In this document: positions 8,998 to 17,340 of the stretch, piece after piece
Layout: the number at the start of each line of letters is the position of its first letter
Position numbering within the stretch: the first letter of the stretch is position 1
Origin: a virus
Taxonomy: Duplodnaviria > Caudoviricetes
Reading direction: 5' to 3' (one strand)
DNA: 30,154 bases
Virus record (IMG/VR): IMGVR_UViG_3300032320_000360
Location: 1-30,154 of that record
Notes under the pieces: model-generated
The model's input: only the letters and a program-made list of their open reading frames with translations
Told to the model about the DNA's origin: nothing
Databases searched by the model: none
Program-made: the position numbers and the translations under genes

Positions 8998-9695
8998 TTT
9001 AGTGCCCTTTTCTGTGCCCAGGTAAGAGGTCTTTGATTTTTTTCATATTTGGGATTTTGCCAAAGGTATGTAGATTTCACACCCATTTTAGATTGACGAT
9101 CTGTAACATTGGTATTGAATAAATCAAATTCTAAAATAAAGTCATAGACTTTGACAACTCCACTCCAACCTTCACCATCATACCAAACACAGGCATATGA
9201 ATAAGGTTCAACCTGTATCTTGCTTATTCCATCACTCCAATTATTTTGATTCAAATGGAACTTGCCAAAATAAGGTTTATTATCAATACCTTTATCTTTG
9301 ACCCATTGACGCATTTCATTATGAAAATCAATCAAATCATCTCTTGTGCCAGGTGCTGTGTATCTACGAAATGAACGCCCATCTTTAGTTAAAGGTGCAA
9401 TAAATTCAGGACTATTTTTTGTGTCCTCATCTTTAAGATTTAATCTAATAGCAATCTTATATCTCTGTTTGGCAGTTTCACCATTATCAAAAAATGTGAT
9501 AATGGCTCGTTCTACCATTGATTTGTTGAGGATTGGTGTTGGCGCTAATTCAATTGAAGTAGTTGAGGCTTGCGCCTCCTGGACTGGCAGGAAGTCAGAA
9601 ACAAATATCTCACTTGGCGAAGCCAGATCAATTGACGAAGTCAACCCATTGGACTTTGTTGTTCTTTGTTCTTCTTTATTAAACTTTGTTATCAT
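8994..9695 (-). CDS. Hypothetical protein, candidate replication-associated protein
   Basis: 233-aa ORF with SD AAGGA; its 5' end overlaps origin-like repeats; function is inference only. Confidence 0.6.
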   Translation of the reverse strand: MITKFNKEEQRTTKSNGLTSSIDLASPSEIFVSDFLPVQEAQASTTSIELAPTPILNKSMVERAIITFFDNGETAKQRYKIAIRLNLKDEDTKNSPEFIAPLTKDGRSFRRYTAPGTRDDLIDFHNEMRQWVKDKGIDNKPYFGKFHLNQNNWSDGISKIQVEPYSYACVWYDGEGWSGVVKVYDFILEFDLFNTNVTDRQSKMGVKSTYLWQNPKYEKNQRPLTWAQKRALK

Positions 9696-9710
9696 ATATT
9701 ATCCTTTGTT
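9565..9710. repeat. 10-bp-phased CTTTGTT repeats plus three mini-hairpins (candidate origin)
   Basis: CTTTGTT at 9654, 9664, 9684, 9704 and CTTTATT at 9674; hairpins at 9565-9578, 9615-9625, 9632-9644. Confidence 0.55.
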
Positions 9711-9726
9711 ATAATAATCAACACCA

Positions 9727-9930
9727 TTAGATGCCTAGATCCTTAGGATCAGCCCAGGTTGTTATTACTTTAACGCCCATTGATTTTAATTGATTAGATT
9801 CAATAGAAGATAGCCATTGGATATGCTTGTTGCAATCCACACATCTAAGAGCGGCATAGTGTTTGCTGTTAGATTTTGTTTTATGGATCCTAACAGAGTG
9901 ATTGTCGTGATTGGTTAGTTTAGTAATCAT
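9727..9930 (-). CDS. Small putative zinc-binding protein
   Basis: H..H...HYAALRCVDCNKHIQWL; ATGA coupling at 9930. Confidence 0.65.
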   Translation of the reverse strand: MITKLTNHDNHSVRIHKTKSNSKHYAALRCVDCNKHIQWLSSIESNQLKSMGVKVITTWADPKDLGI

Positions 9931-10304
9931 TCGAATAGATCTCCAAATTTGTCTGAATCTTTTTTGCGATCCTCTTCTGCCCAATAACGCTGTGCATCAA
10001 TTAGGACTTCATCTAGGGTTTCAGTTTCCCATTCAATTATGGGTTGACTGTCGGCATTGATTATGGTCTGTCCTTTTTTGGTAGACTTTGCAGTGGTATT
10101 GAGATTGCGTAGAACGAATCCGTGAGTGGGGTTTCTTGTGATGTGTGCCCAGTTGACAGTATTGCGATTGGGTGAGTCAATGTATGTGACATATTCTCTA
10201 CGGTCCTTGACGCCTACCATAATGATAGTGGTCATTTCAGTGCCGTATTTCTGACTATGCCCAGATCGTTGCTCTAGCACGATGTAGGGTTGTTTGATTG
10301 CCAT
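9927..10304 (-). CDS. Hypothetical protein
   Basis: Strong SD AAGGAG; 125 aa; beta-rich. Confidence 0.75.
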   Translation of the reverse strand: MAIKQPYIVLEQRSGHSQKYGTEMTTIIMVGVKDRREYVTYIDSPNRNTVNWAHITRNPTHGFVLRNLNTTAKSTKKGQTIINADSQPIIEWETETLDEVLIDAQRYWAEEDRKKDSDKFGDLFE

Positions 10305-10328
10305 TAGTTTCTCCTTGTTAGACTAATA

Positions 10329-10334
10329 TATTTA
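10329..10334 (-). promoter_or_regulatory. TAAATA motif inside a TAGACTAA/TTAGTCTA inverted repeat
   Basis: Intergenic, after a terminator and before the SD of 10304. Confidence 0.65.
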
Positions 10335-10376
10335 GTCTACACTCTAAATAACCCCTTGTAAAGAGAAAAATTAGTC

Positions 10377-10406
10377 AAACGAAAGCCCCTGAGAAAAGGG
10401 GCTTTC
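10377..10406 (-). terminator. Rho-independent terminator
   Basis: GAAAGCCCCT/AGGGGCTTTC 10-bp stem. Confidence 0.8.
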
Positions 10407-10500
10407 TAACAGAGCAATTTGGGTTATGGTAATGGCAATAACTTTCACCCAATTTTTATGCCAGCCTTGACAGTCTATTTTCGGAGAATAGTGCTCTGCT
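10377..10500 (-). ncRNA. Candidate structured small RNA
   Basis: Begins 5 nt after TAAATA (10506-10511); closing stem AGCAGAGCA/TGCTCTGTT with three internal hairpins; followed by a terminator; no ORF. Confidence 0.6.
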
Positions 10501-10504
10501 GAAT

Positions 10505-10975
10505 TTATTTATCACTGTCCTTTTTAGCCAGTTTGTTTCTGGCGTTAAATTCAGCACCAGCCCAATTTAAAAACACTTGACAAGCAGGTCCTTGAGGTAG
10601 TGTGAATTCTCCTGTGTTTGGATCCCTATACTTGTTGCAGACTAGGCAACGCTCACGGCGATGTGCTATGTGCTTGTTGGTGGCCTTGTAGTATTTGATT
10701 TCCATTTCACGACTGACTGTTAGATGTTTGTGGCAGTCTTCACAGTTTTTGGGTTTGATATTGAGTCGAACTAATTCTGGAGTGTGAGTGGGATTGATGC
10801 CTTGAAACAAATCTAAGAATACTTCTTCGTGTTCATCTTGATAAAGTTCTTCATTGCTAGGGCGGCCCTTGCCTCTGGCTTTCTGTTTGCTTATTTTGAT
10901 TTCACTGGGTGAAAGTTTAGGCATACGAAATTCTGCCACTTCATTGAGTTTTTGAAACAATTCATCTTTGGTCAT
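10505..10975 (-). CDS. Putative zinc-finger DNA-binding protein
   Basis: CEDC...CLVC pairs; AT-hook-like RGKGRP; leaderless start. Confidence 0.65.
   Translation of the reverse strand: MTKDELFQKLNEVAEFRMPKLSPSEIKISKQKARGKGRPSNEELYQDEHEEVFLDLFQGINPTHTPELVRLNIKPKNCEDCHKHLTVSREMEIKYYKATNKHIAHRRERCLVCNKYRDPNTGEFTLPQGPACQVFLNWAGAEFNARNKLAKKDSDK
10506..10511 (-). promoter_or_regulatory. TAAATA motif upstream of the candidate sRNA
   Basis: ATAAATA overlapping the stop of 10505-10975. Confidence 0.55.
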
Positions 10976-10980
10976 ACCAA

Positions 10981-10986
10981 TATTTA
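10981..10986 (-). promoter_or_regulatory. TAAATA motif, 5 nt before ATG
   Basis: TTAAATA-ttggt-ATG. Confidence 0.65.
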
Positions 10987-10987
10987 A

Positions 10988-11146
10988 AATATGGCTCTTA
11001 AATCACCGTCAAATGTGAGTGAGGACTGGTATAGGTATTAGATGGCCTACAAATAGAAAATTCTATTTTGAGCCCACAAAAAAACCGTGTTGTTGACTTC
11101 ACAAACACGGTTTTTTTTCATTGATTTTGGAATATGGCTCTTAAAT
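10988..11146. repeat. 16-bp direct repeat AATATGGCTCTTAAAT flanking a non-coding segment
   Basis: Copies at 10988-11003 and 11131-11146. Confidence 0.85.
11078..11118. terminator. Bidirectional terminator ending the tail operon
   Basis: A7-CCGTGTT...AACACGG-T8. Confidence 0.8.
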
Positions 11147-11329
11147 TTTTTGCACGAACTCAACCACGGCTGGTAAAACCACTGCACCTACCAATAATAA
11201 TAGAATGGCCCAAACTCTGCCATCCATCTTTTCCACTTTCTTTTCAATACGGTCAATGTCTTGAGCCATATGAGCCAAGTGATTGTTTTTGATAGTGTCA
11301 ATTTCTTTGGCTAGATCTTTTAGTGTCAT
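11141..11329 (-). CDS. Small membrane protein, XhlA/holin-like
   Basis: Coiled coil (NHLAHMAQDIDRIEKKVEK) plus one C-terminal TM helix; ATG at 11329 just after the upstream stop. Confidence 0.6.
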   Translation of the reverse strand: MTLKDLAKEIDTIKNNHLAHMAQDIDRIEKKVEKMDGRVWAILLLLVGAVVLPAVVEFVQKI

Positions 11330-11330
11330 T

Positions 11331-11813
11331 TTAAGGCACCGCCGTTGCTGTAACAGTAAATGCTGATGATAGTGCGGCTGCACTTGGTCCAACCTGTGTG
11401 CCCAATCTAACTATGCGCCAATTGGTGCCATTGTAAACTGCTAGGCAGGGTCTGCCACCATCACCATCTGTTAGATAGACAATATCACCTGCACTTGGAC
11501 TTGTAGTGCCAGCCATTGAACCCAATTGCACAAACTGTATCTGTCGCATACGCAGAACATTACGCAGACTGATAATACCATTGGTTGGGCTTATGGTTTG
11601 ATCGCCAGTGACCGTGATAGTTCCAGGAATAAAATTAGTGGCAACTTTACCACCACTGTCTAATGAAAGGACACCATTGGCACTATTCACTGATGCAATC
11701 AGTTGATTTACTGCCACAATTAAATTATAGATATCAGCACGGGCCAGACTTGGATCGTCGTCCGGGCTGTCCACATTGTCTGTTGATATTACTGTTCCTG
11801 TTGGAAATGTCAT
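11331..11813 (-). CDS. Minor tail/fibre protein
   Basis: NGVLSLDSGGKV and GDIVYLTDG...AVYNGTNW fibre motifs. Confidence 0.65.
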   Translation of the reverse strand: MTFPTGTVISTDNVDSPDDDPSLARADIYNLIVAVNQLIASVNSANGVLSLDSGGKVATNFIPGTITVTGDQTISPTNGIISLRNVLRMRQIQFVQLGSMAGTTSPSAGDIVYLTDGDGGRPCLAVYNGTNWRIVRLGTQVGPSAAALSSAFTVTATAVP

Positions 11814-11829
11814 TTGTCTGTCCTCTTGA

Positions 11830-11835
11830 TATTTA
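11830..11835 (-). promoter_or_regulatory. TAAATA motif
   Basis: ATAAATA in a 27-nt intergenic gap. Confidence 0.6.
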
Positions 11836-11840
11836 TTAGT

Positions 11841-12737
11841 TTACTTTATAACCACTAGATTACCGCCACTCATCACCTGTCTTGGCAAGCCCTTGATTGA
11901 AATGTCCACAATGCCATCTCTAGGCTGATTGTCTATGCCATATAAGGCAAAACTTGCACCAAATGATGAAGCAAAATAATCAGTGGCAATGTAATCTGTG
12001 GCTATGTAATTTCCGCCTGCGGCCTTGTTGATTACAATGGGTATCAATAAGGTGCTGGTCGCTGAATTGCTCACATACAAATCCACTGCATAGGCACTAG
12101 GTGCTCTAGGTGTTATAACCATTTCTGTAATCAGTGAAATGGGATTGTCTAAATTTAGTGTTCTTTGTGAACTGGTTCCACCTAGTGTGGCTGTATCCAA
12201 ATCTCTATAGGTGTATTCTACCACTTGTTTGTCTGTGGTGATCTGCATCTTGATAAGTTCTGTGCCTGAACATTCAGCAGTTACATAGATATATCTGCCA
12301 TAGAAAGCGGCAATATTGCTGTCGCCATCTTGAATGACATATTCTGTTTCTTCACCTGCAAATGCTCCAGTTTGGCTCACATAGATTCTATAGAATAAAC
12401 TACCTTTGAATTCGCTTGAAATAGCAATGTTGAAATAGGCTACTTCACCAGTGTCAATTAGACTGCTGGTCCAGCGTATGGGCAAGAATGTGTTTACATA
12501 GGAATTAAAAGTGCTCCATTTGCTGGATCTTAGACTACCCCAGCGACCAAACCCTTGGGCTTTGATTGTGCCTGATTGTGGATCAATAATGCCTTGTGTG
12601 TAAGGAAAAAATCCTGTTACAGGTATAAAATTAAATGCTGATGTCAAAGACGCAGTGGCCCGTGTCTTGCCACCTCTGGCTTGGCAAGTCAATGTTGCTA
12701 TGGTTTGTAGTGCGGCTTCGCCTGTTTTAGTTGCCAT
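11841..12737 (-). CDS. Minor tail protein
   Basis: Beta-rich; follows the tail-tip gene. Confidence 0.6.
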   Translation of the reverse strand: MATKTGEAALQTIATLTCQARGGKTRATASLTSAFNFIPVTGFFPYTQGIIDPQSGTIKAQGFGRWGSLRSSKWSTFNSYVNTFLPIRWTSSLIDTGEVAYFNIAISSEFKGSLFYRIYVSQTGAFAGEETEYVIQDGDSNIAAFYGRYIYVTAECSGTELIKMQITTDKQVVEYTYRDLDTATLGGTSSQRTLNLDNPISLITEMVITPRAPSAYAVDLYVSNSATSTLLIPIVINKAAGGNYIATDYIATDYFASSFGASFALYGIDNQPRDGIVDISIKGLPRQVMSGGNLVVIK

Positions 12738-12746
12738 ATCTTGTCC

Positions 12747-15700
12747 TTAGTAAACTGTGTCGCCTGATTCAGGGCCGCTTAAATTGATCCAAGTAGATGA
12801 AAGGGTGCCGGCTCTATAAGGGGTTCCTAGCAAGTTCCATTGATTTGGACTGTCAGGCAATACCAACTTGTTTAATGGCACATTGGTAATGGCTTCATTT
12901 AGATTGCGTTTATATCCTGCAACAAAATTATTGTAGTCTGCCAGCGTGACCACATTTTGATTGCTGACATTGCCTGAAATAAATCCATCTGTTTCATATC
13001 TATAGGTTGGACTAACTGGTGAAGTATTAAAATCAGTGAGTCTTAGAGCTTGTGTGCTGAGAACACCAACATCTTTAATGGCTAATAGGAATTCAACCCA
13101 GGAGGTATTGGTAATCACTGAGAAATTGGTATTACCTACTCCCCAATAAGGATAAACTGAATTGATTACTGACCCGCCTGTGTTAGGCCAATTGCCATCT
13201 GGACCATAATGGGATTGATATAATGTTCTTGTGCTAAAACCTGTCTGTTGATAGTAAGGATCAAACAGATTAGGGTGTAGTGGTCCACGCAGATTTAAGG
13301 TATAAACACCATTGGCTTTGGTCATTGATGTTCTTGGTATTTCAATCTTTTCCCAAGCACCTAGTCCTGAATATTTTGCCACATTGGCCTGTGTGCCAGC
13401 AGCCGCTGTCTGATTATACAATCTACGATAGACTGTGATATTGTCAAAGGTATCATTGGGAGTGGTAAATGTCAATTTGTAATAAGCACCTAATTTAATA
13501 GCAGTAACCACATTTGAAGTTTTTAGTGCATACGCATCAATAATTCCACTACCAGCACTTATTAGTGTTCCACCATATTGAATTGATCCATAGGGATCTG
13601 ATTGTTTAACCTGACGCTTGATCCAAGTCTTTGGTTGAGGTGTTGGAACAGCGGCAAATGGAGCATCTAGGGCATTTAATGCTGTCTTGGTATTTTCCTG
13701 TCTAAAGTTAAAAATATTATTCATAAGTTCAGTATAGACTAGACCCACATTCACTGGAACATTGGCACGACATACTAGACTGTTATCACTTTCCAGTGTG
13801 CTGGCAGTTATTGGATCCCAATACTGTGCAGTAATTACCCAATCATAAAAAGTGTTTAATCTAAATCCGCCATCAATCAACTCCTTGTAGATGTCTAAGG
13901 ATGCTTCACGAAGTGTAGCACCCACTTCCACAGTGGTATAGCCTGGATCAGTTCCAGGAACTACTTCACGGAATCGAATCAAAAAGCCCATAAATTTAGT
14001 GCTTTGAGGTTTTTCAAATGTCCAACTGATTTTGTTTTCTGTATAACCTAGAGGGCGAATGCTTTTGATACTGGGCACAATCTCACTGCCTGCCTTTGGA
14101 CCTTGTGGTGCTTGATCCACTGTCTGTATGCTCCAACCTGCAGGGATATCCACATTGGTAACATTGGCATTGGCATAGGGATTTGTTCCATAGATAATGA
14201 AACCTGTGTATTGTAAAACATTATTGACTTCAACATTGGCCTGACCAGGTCTTATATATTTGGTAGCATTACCACCATCTTTGTAAAGCAATTTGACCAC
14301 AAAATCATATCTTGAATTACCACCATAACGAGCACCAAAGTCTCCATTCAAATTGTATTCAGTTTGATTGTAGGGACTGTATCCTGTGATGTCATCAAAG
14401 AACTTGTCTTCAAAGGCATAGTAGGTATCTGCAGAATTTTTGTAGTAGACACGAATGCCTTTGATTAGATTGTTTGGTGTTTGATTGATTGCATCAGTCA
14501 ATTGTGTAAAACGCACATAGACTTTTCTACGAACCAGGGGCAATCCACCACTGGTCTGTGGAATAATGGCAAAGTCAGAAATGATGTCATTGTAGCGTGG
14601 ATTAGGATCTATTTCACTGGCAGGCACAGTCCAACCATCTGTAACTGTCTGCACCTGTATCACTGTGGCAATGTTTGTAAGACCAGGATTTAGTTCATTG
14701 GAATTTTGTCTAAGGCTTACTCTACCTTGAATCACACGATTACTGGCTCTGCCATCACTGGCATAACTTCTTACATAAAAATCAAAATCACCAAATGTGC
14801 AGGTAAAGCTGACTGGAATGTCTCCACCAACACCTGGTATGGTTGCCAAGCGAATTTCTTGCCAGGCAGAGAATTTATTCAAACGCCAGTAGAACAATGA
14901 ATAACTGTAAAGTCCATCATTGGGCTGTGTGAACACCAAATTATATGAATAGGTGTTGCCAGTTATCAATGTGGCCTTACTAGACTTCAAGGTCAAGAAG
15001 GCAGTAAATGGTTTAGGTGGCTCTACTGGCACCGGAGTTGGATCTGCTGGTGGCGTAGGTGTTATTGGAGTTCCGCCAGGTGGCACATAAATCTGTGGAG
15101 GCACATAAGGAGGAGGTGGAACACTTGGTGGTAAGTTTGGTGGCACCACTGGTGGAAACGGTGCTTGATTAGGAGGCACAAGTCCAATAGGTGCTGTTCT
15201 GTTTACACTTGATGGATAATAGATATCTGAACCTTTGGGCACATAAACAGGATCTACAGTATCTTCTTCATTGTAGCGAGCGTGTGGGTAAATGTCGTCT
15301 GGATTTCGAACCAAGCCAAGACTCACAGTCATATTGTCGTTGAGTTTTACTGATACTACACGCCAAGGAACTATTAGGCTTCCTGTGTTAAAGTTTAGAA
15401 TATTACCTTCTACACGAATGTTATCACCTGGCTCTAATTCCATACCTTCACTGGTAACTGTGATGCTTAGAGTTTCTTGTCTGCGCGATTTTAGAAACAA
15501 CAATTTGGCCATATCTTTGGCAATGGCATAGTTTGTGATTGTGGGGAATGTGGCTTCTTGTTTGTTTTCTCTACCACCATCTTTGAGAATATAGACCTGA
15601 CGCTCTTCTTCTGTTTCAGGCCATACCACCTGTTGTGGACTCCACTTTTGATCTGGGTCTACATAATTGACAACCACAGAAGTATATTTGTTGCTCTTGT

Positions 15701-16880
15701 CAATGCCAGTATAGGTAATGTCGCCCACAATGTCTGCCACATTGCCAGTGAATTGATTTTTAGGATAGGGTTTTGTGGTAGCAGTCATAACCACTTGTGC
15801 AACACCACTTAGAATGTCTAGTTCATTGCCAGCATCTTCAATGCGTAGTTTGTATTTGCCTTGAACATAGGGCATATAGGCACGGAAACCCATAAGCAGA
15901 GTCTTGGTGTTGGCCAATATGGTCTGACTGGTGTCAAGAACAAAATTACAGGTCAAGATAGGACCAGCATAACTTTGTCCAGTGACATAGTTCACAATGG
16001 TATTACACTTGTTGGTGGTCTTGATCCAACTATCTAAATCTATATCTTCATTGAAGATGCCTTTACCATATCTGGGATTGCGTAGGTAATCTAGAAGACA
16101 TTCTGCTGGGTTTGTAGAATAACGCACCGGAGCACTATCATAACTAAAGCCAGTGGTCTGACTGTTGATTGGTGCCACACGCTTGCCCAACATTGACACC
16201 TGCACCTGTGGGATACTGCCAGTGAAAGGATTATTGTCAGCATCTGCTTGAGTTTTGATTTCACGCCATTCATAGCGAACTGCCAATGCGGCCAATCCAT
16301 TAAAATTCATTTGATTGGTAAAACTAGGTGCTTCACCAAATAGATTGTTTTTAAGATATGTGCCTACTTGACTTGATGCAGGATTAGTGTAGTAAACACC
16401 TGGATTCCAAATCATTTTCACACGATCTTTATATCTGTCTGTGTTTACAGTGACTAATTGTCCAGCATTGAGGTTGGCAGTTAGATCCACTGGCAATTGC
16501 CAGTCATCAATAAACACTTCACGAAGTCCTTCTACTGTGCCTTCTGCAAACACATAGACCACATAGAGATATCTGTTATTAGTTGATCCTGTTTCAGCAA
16601 AGGTCACAATGCCGCCTACCTTGCGATAGCCATAGACCACAGGCACCTGTTGATCGCTGCCTTGACGCTGTATGAGAACACCTTGTTGTCTTGCGGCTTC
16701 AGCCTGAGCAGAGGGTATGTCAGGCATACCTCCCAACAGGCCCATAAATGGTTGTGCAACAAAGTTGACCACAGAGGCCACAACATTGACCACGGCCTTG
16801 ACCACTGATGAAACTACATTGACTACGGCCTTGACAACACTTGATACTGCATTGCCAACTGCCTTAAAGACCTTACTCAT
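12747..16880 (-). CDS. Tail tip / central fibre protein (lambda J-like)
   Basis: VPVVYGYRKVGG, STNPAECLLDYLRNPRYGKG, LEPGD.I.V motifs; Pro-rich linker; FnIII-like C-terminal region. Confidence 0.88.
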   Translation of the reverse strand: MSKVFKAVGNAVSSVVKAVVNVVSSVVKAVVNVVASVVNFVAQPFMGLLGGMPDIPSAQAEAARQQGVLIQRQGSDQQVPVVYGYRKVGGIVTFAETGSTNNRYLYVVYVFAEGTVEGLREVFIDDWQLPVDLTANLNAGQLVTVNTDRYKDRVKMIWNPGVYYTNPASSQVGTYLKNNLFGEAPSFTNQMNFNGLAALAVRYEWREIKTQADADNNPFTGSIPQVQVSMLGKRVAPINSQTTGFSYDSAPVRYSTNPAECLLDYLRNPRYGKGIFNEDIDLDSWIKTTNKCNTIVNYVTGQSYAGPILTCNFVLDTSQTILANTKTLLMGFRAYMPYVQGKYKLRIEDAGNELDILSGVAQVVMTATTKPYPKNQFTGNVADIVGDITYTGIDKSNKYTSVVVNYVDPDQKWSPQQVVWPETEEERQVYILKDGGRENKQEATFPTITNYAIAKDMAKLLFLKSRRQETLSITVTSEGMELEPGDNIRVEGNILNFNTGSLIVPWRVVSVKLNDNMTVSLGLVRNPDDIYPHARYNEEDTVDPVYVPKGSDIYYPSSVNRTAPIGLVPPNQAPFPPVVPPNLPPSVPPPPYVPPQIYVPPGGTPITPTPPADPTPVPVEPPKPFTAFLTLKSSKATLITGNTYSYNLVFTQPNDGLYSYSLFYWRLNKFSAWQEIRLATIPGVGGDIPVSFTCTFGDFDFYVRSYASDGRASNRVIQGRVSLRQNSNELNPGLTNIATVIQVQTVTDGWTVPASEIDPNPRYNDIISDFAIIPQTSGGLPLVRRKVYVRFTQLTDAINQTPNNLIKGIRVYYKNSADTYYAFEDKFFDDITGYSPYNQTEYNLNGDFGARYGGNSRYDFVVKLLYKDGGNATKYIRPGQANVEVNNVLQYTGFIIYGTNPYANANVTNVDIPAGWSIQTVDQAPQGPKAGSEIVPSIKSIRPLGYTENKISWTFEKPQSTKFMGFLIRFREVVPGTDPGYTTVEVGATLREASLDIYKELIDGGFRLNTFYDWVITAQYWDPITASTLESDNSLVCRANVPVNVGLVYTELMNNIFNFRQENTKTALNALDAPFAAVPTPQPKTWIKRQVKQSDPYGSIQYGGTLISAGSGIIDAYALKTSNVVTAIKLGAYYKLTFTTPNDTFDNITVYRRLYNQTAAAGTQANVAKYSGLGAWEKIEIPRTSMTKANGVYTLNLRGPLHPNLFDPYYQQTGFSTRTLYQSHYGPDGNWPNTGGSVINSVYPYWGVGNTNFSVITNTSWVEFLLAIKDVGVLSTQALRLTDFNTSPVSPTYRYETDGFISGNVSNQNVVTLADYNNFVAGYKRNLNEAITNVPLNKLVLPDSPNQWNLLGTPYRAGTLSSTWINLSGPESGDTVY

Positions 16881-17340
16881 TTGTCAACTCCTTGTTCATC
16901 CATACACCTGGTTTGAAGTCAAAGTGTTCATAAAGTTTTTGTGTGCGTTCTGGATTGATGCCAATGTCACCGGCTGTGATGTTACGGGCTTTGATAGTTC
17001 TTGCCCACTCCTCAAATTTCCCCAATAATTGACGGAAATTGTCCATATTTTTGTGTGAATCCAGCATAAAAATGAAGGCAATATTGGCGTCTATGATTTC
17101 CTTGTTCCAAGGGCATTCTGAAGCATAGCCTGCAATGAATCCAACCACACGCTGTCCCTCATAGGCATTGAACCAACAGTGATCCCACTTGCTGGCAAAG
17201 TGTTTGATGGTTTTGATTACTGAATTCTCATCATACTCTTCTGCAATGCGTGGTAATGATTCAATGGCTTCATCACGATAGTATTGAAAGCATATGATGG
17301 TGCTGTCAAATTCTTGGGGTTGCATCTGTCTAACAATCAT
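16873..17340 (-). CDS. GNAT-fold acetyltransferase-like protein
   Basis: MIVRQM..., VVGFIAG, FEEWAR..KA, KLYEHFDF GNAT pattern; TAATG-coupled start at 17340. Confidence 0.75.
   Translation of the reverse strand: MIVRQMQPQEFDSTIICFQYYRDEAIESLPRIAEEYDENSVIKTIKHFASKWDHCWFNAYEGQRVVGFIAGYASECPWNKEIIDANIAFIFMLDSHKNMDNFRQLLGKFEEWARTIKARNITAGDIGINPERTQKLYEHFDFKPGVWMNKELTNE

Noticed and set aside
9684-9930. Shared MITK N-terminus of two adjacent genes
   Set aside because: Only four residues with different codons; likely chance.
10408-10500. tRNA
   Set aside because: Multi-branched but lacks a T-loop GTTC consensus, D-loop signature and CCA end; kept as a candidate ncRNA.
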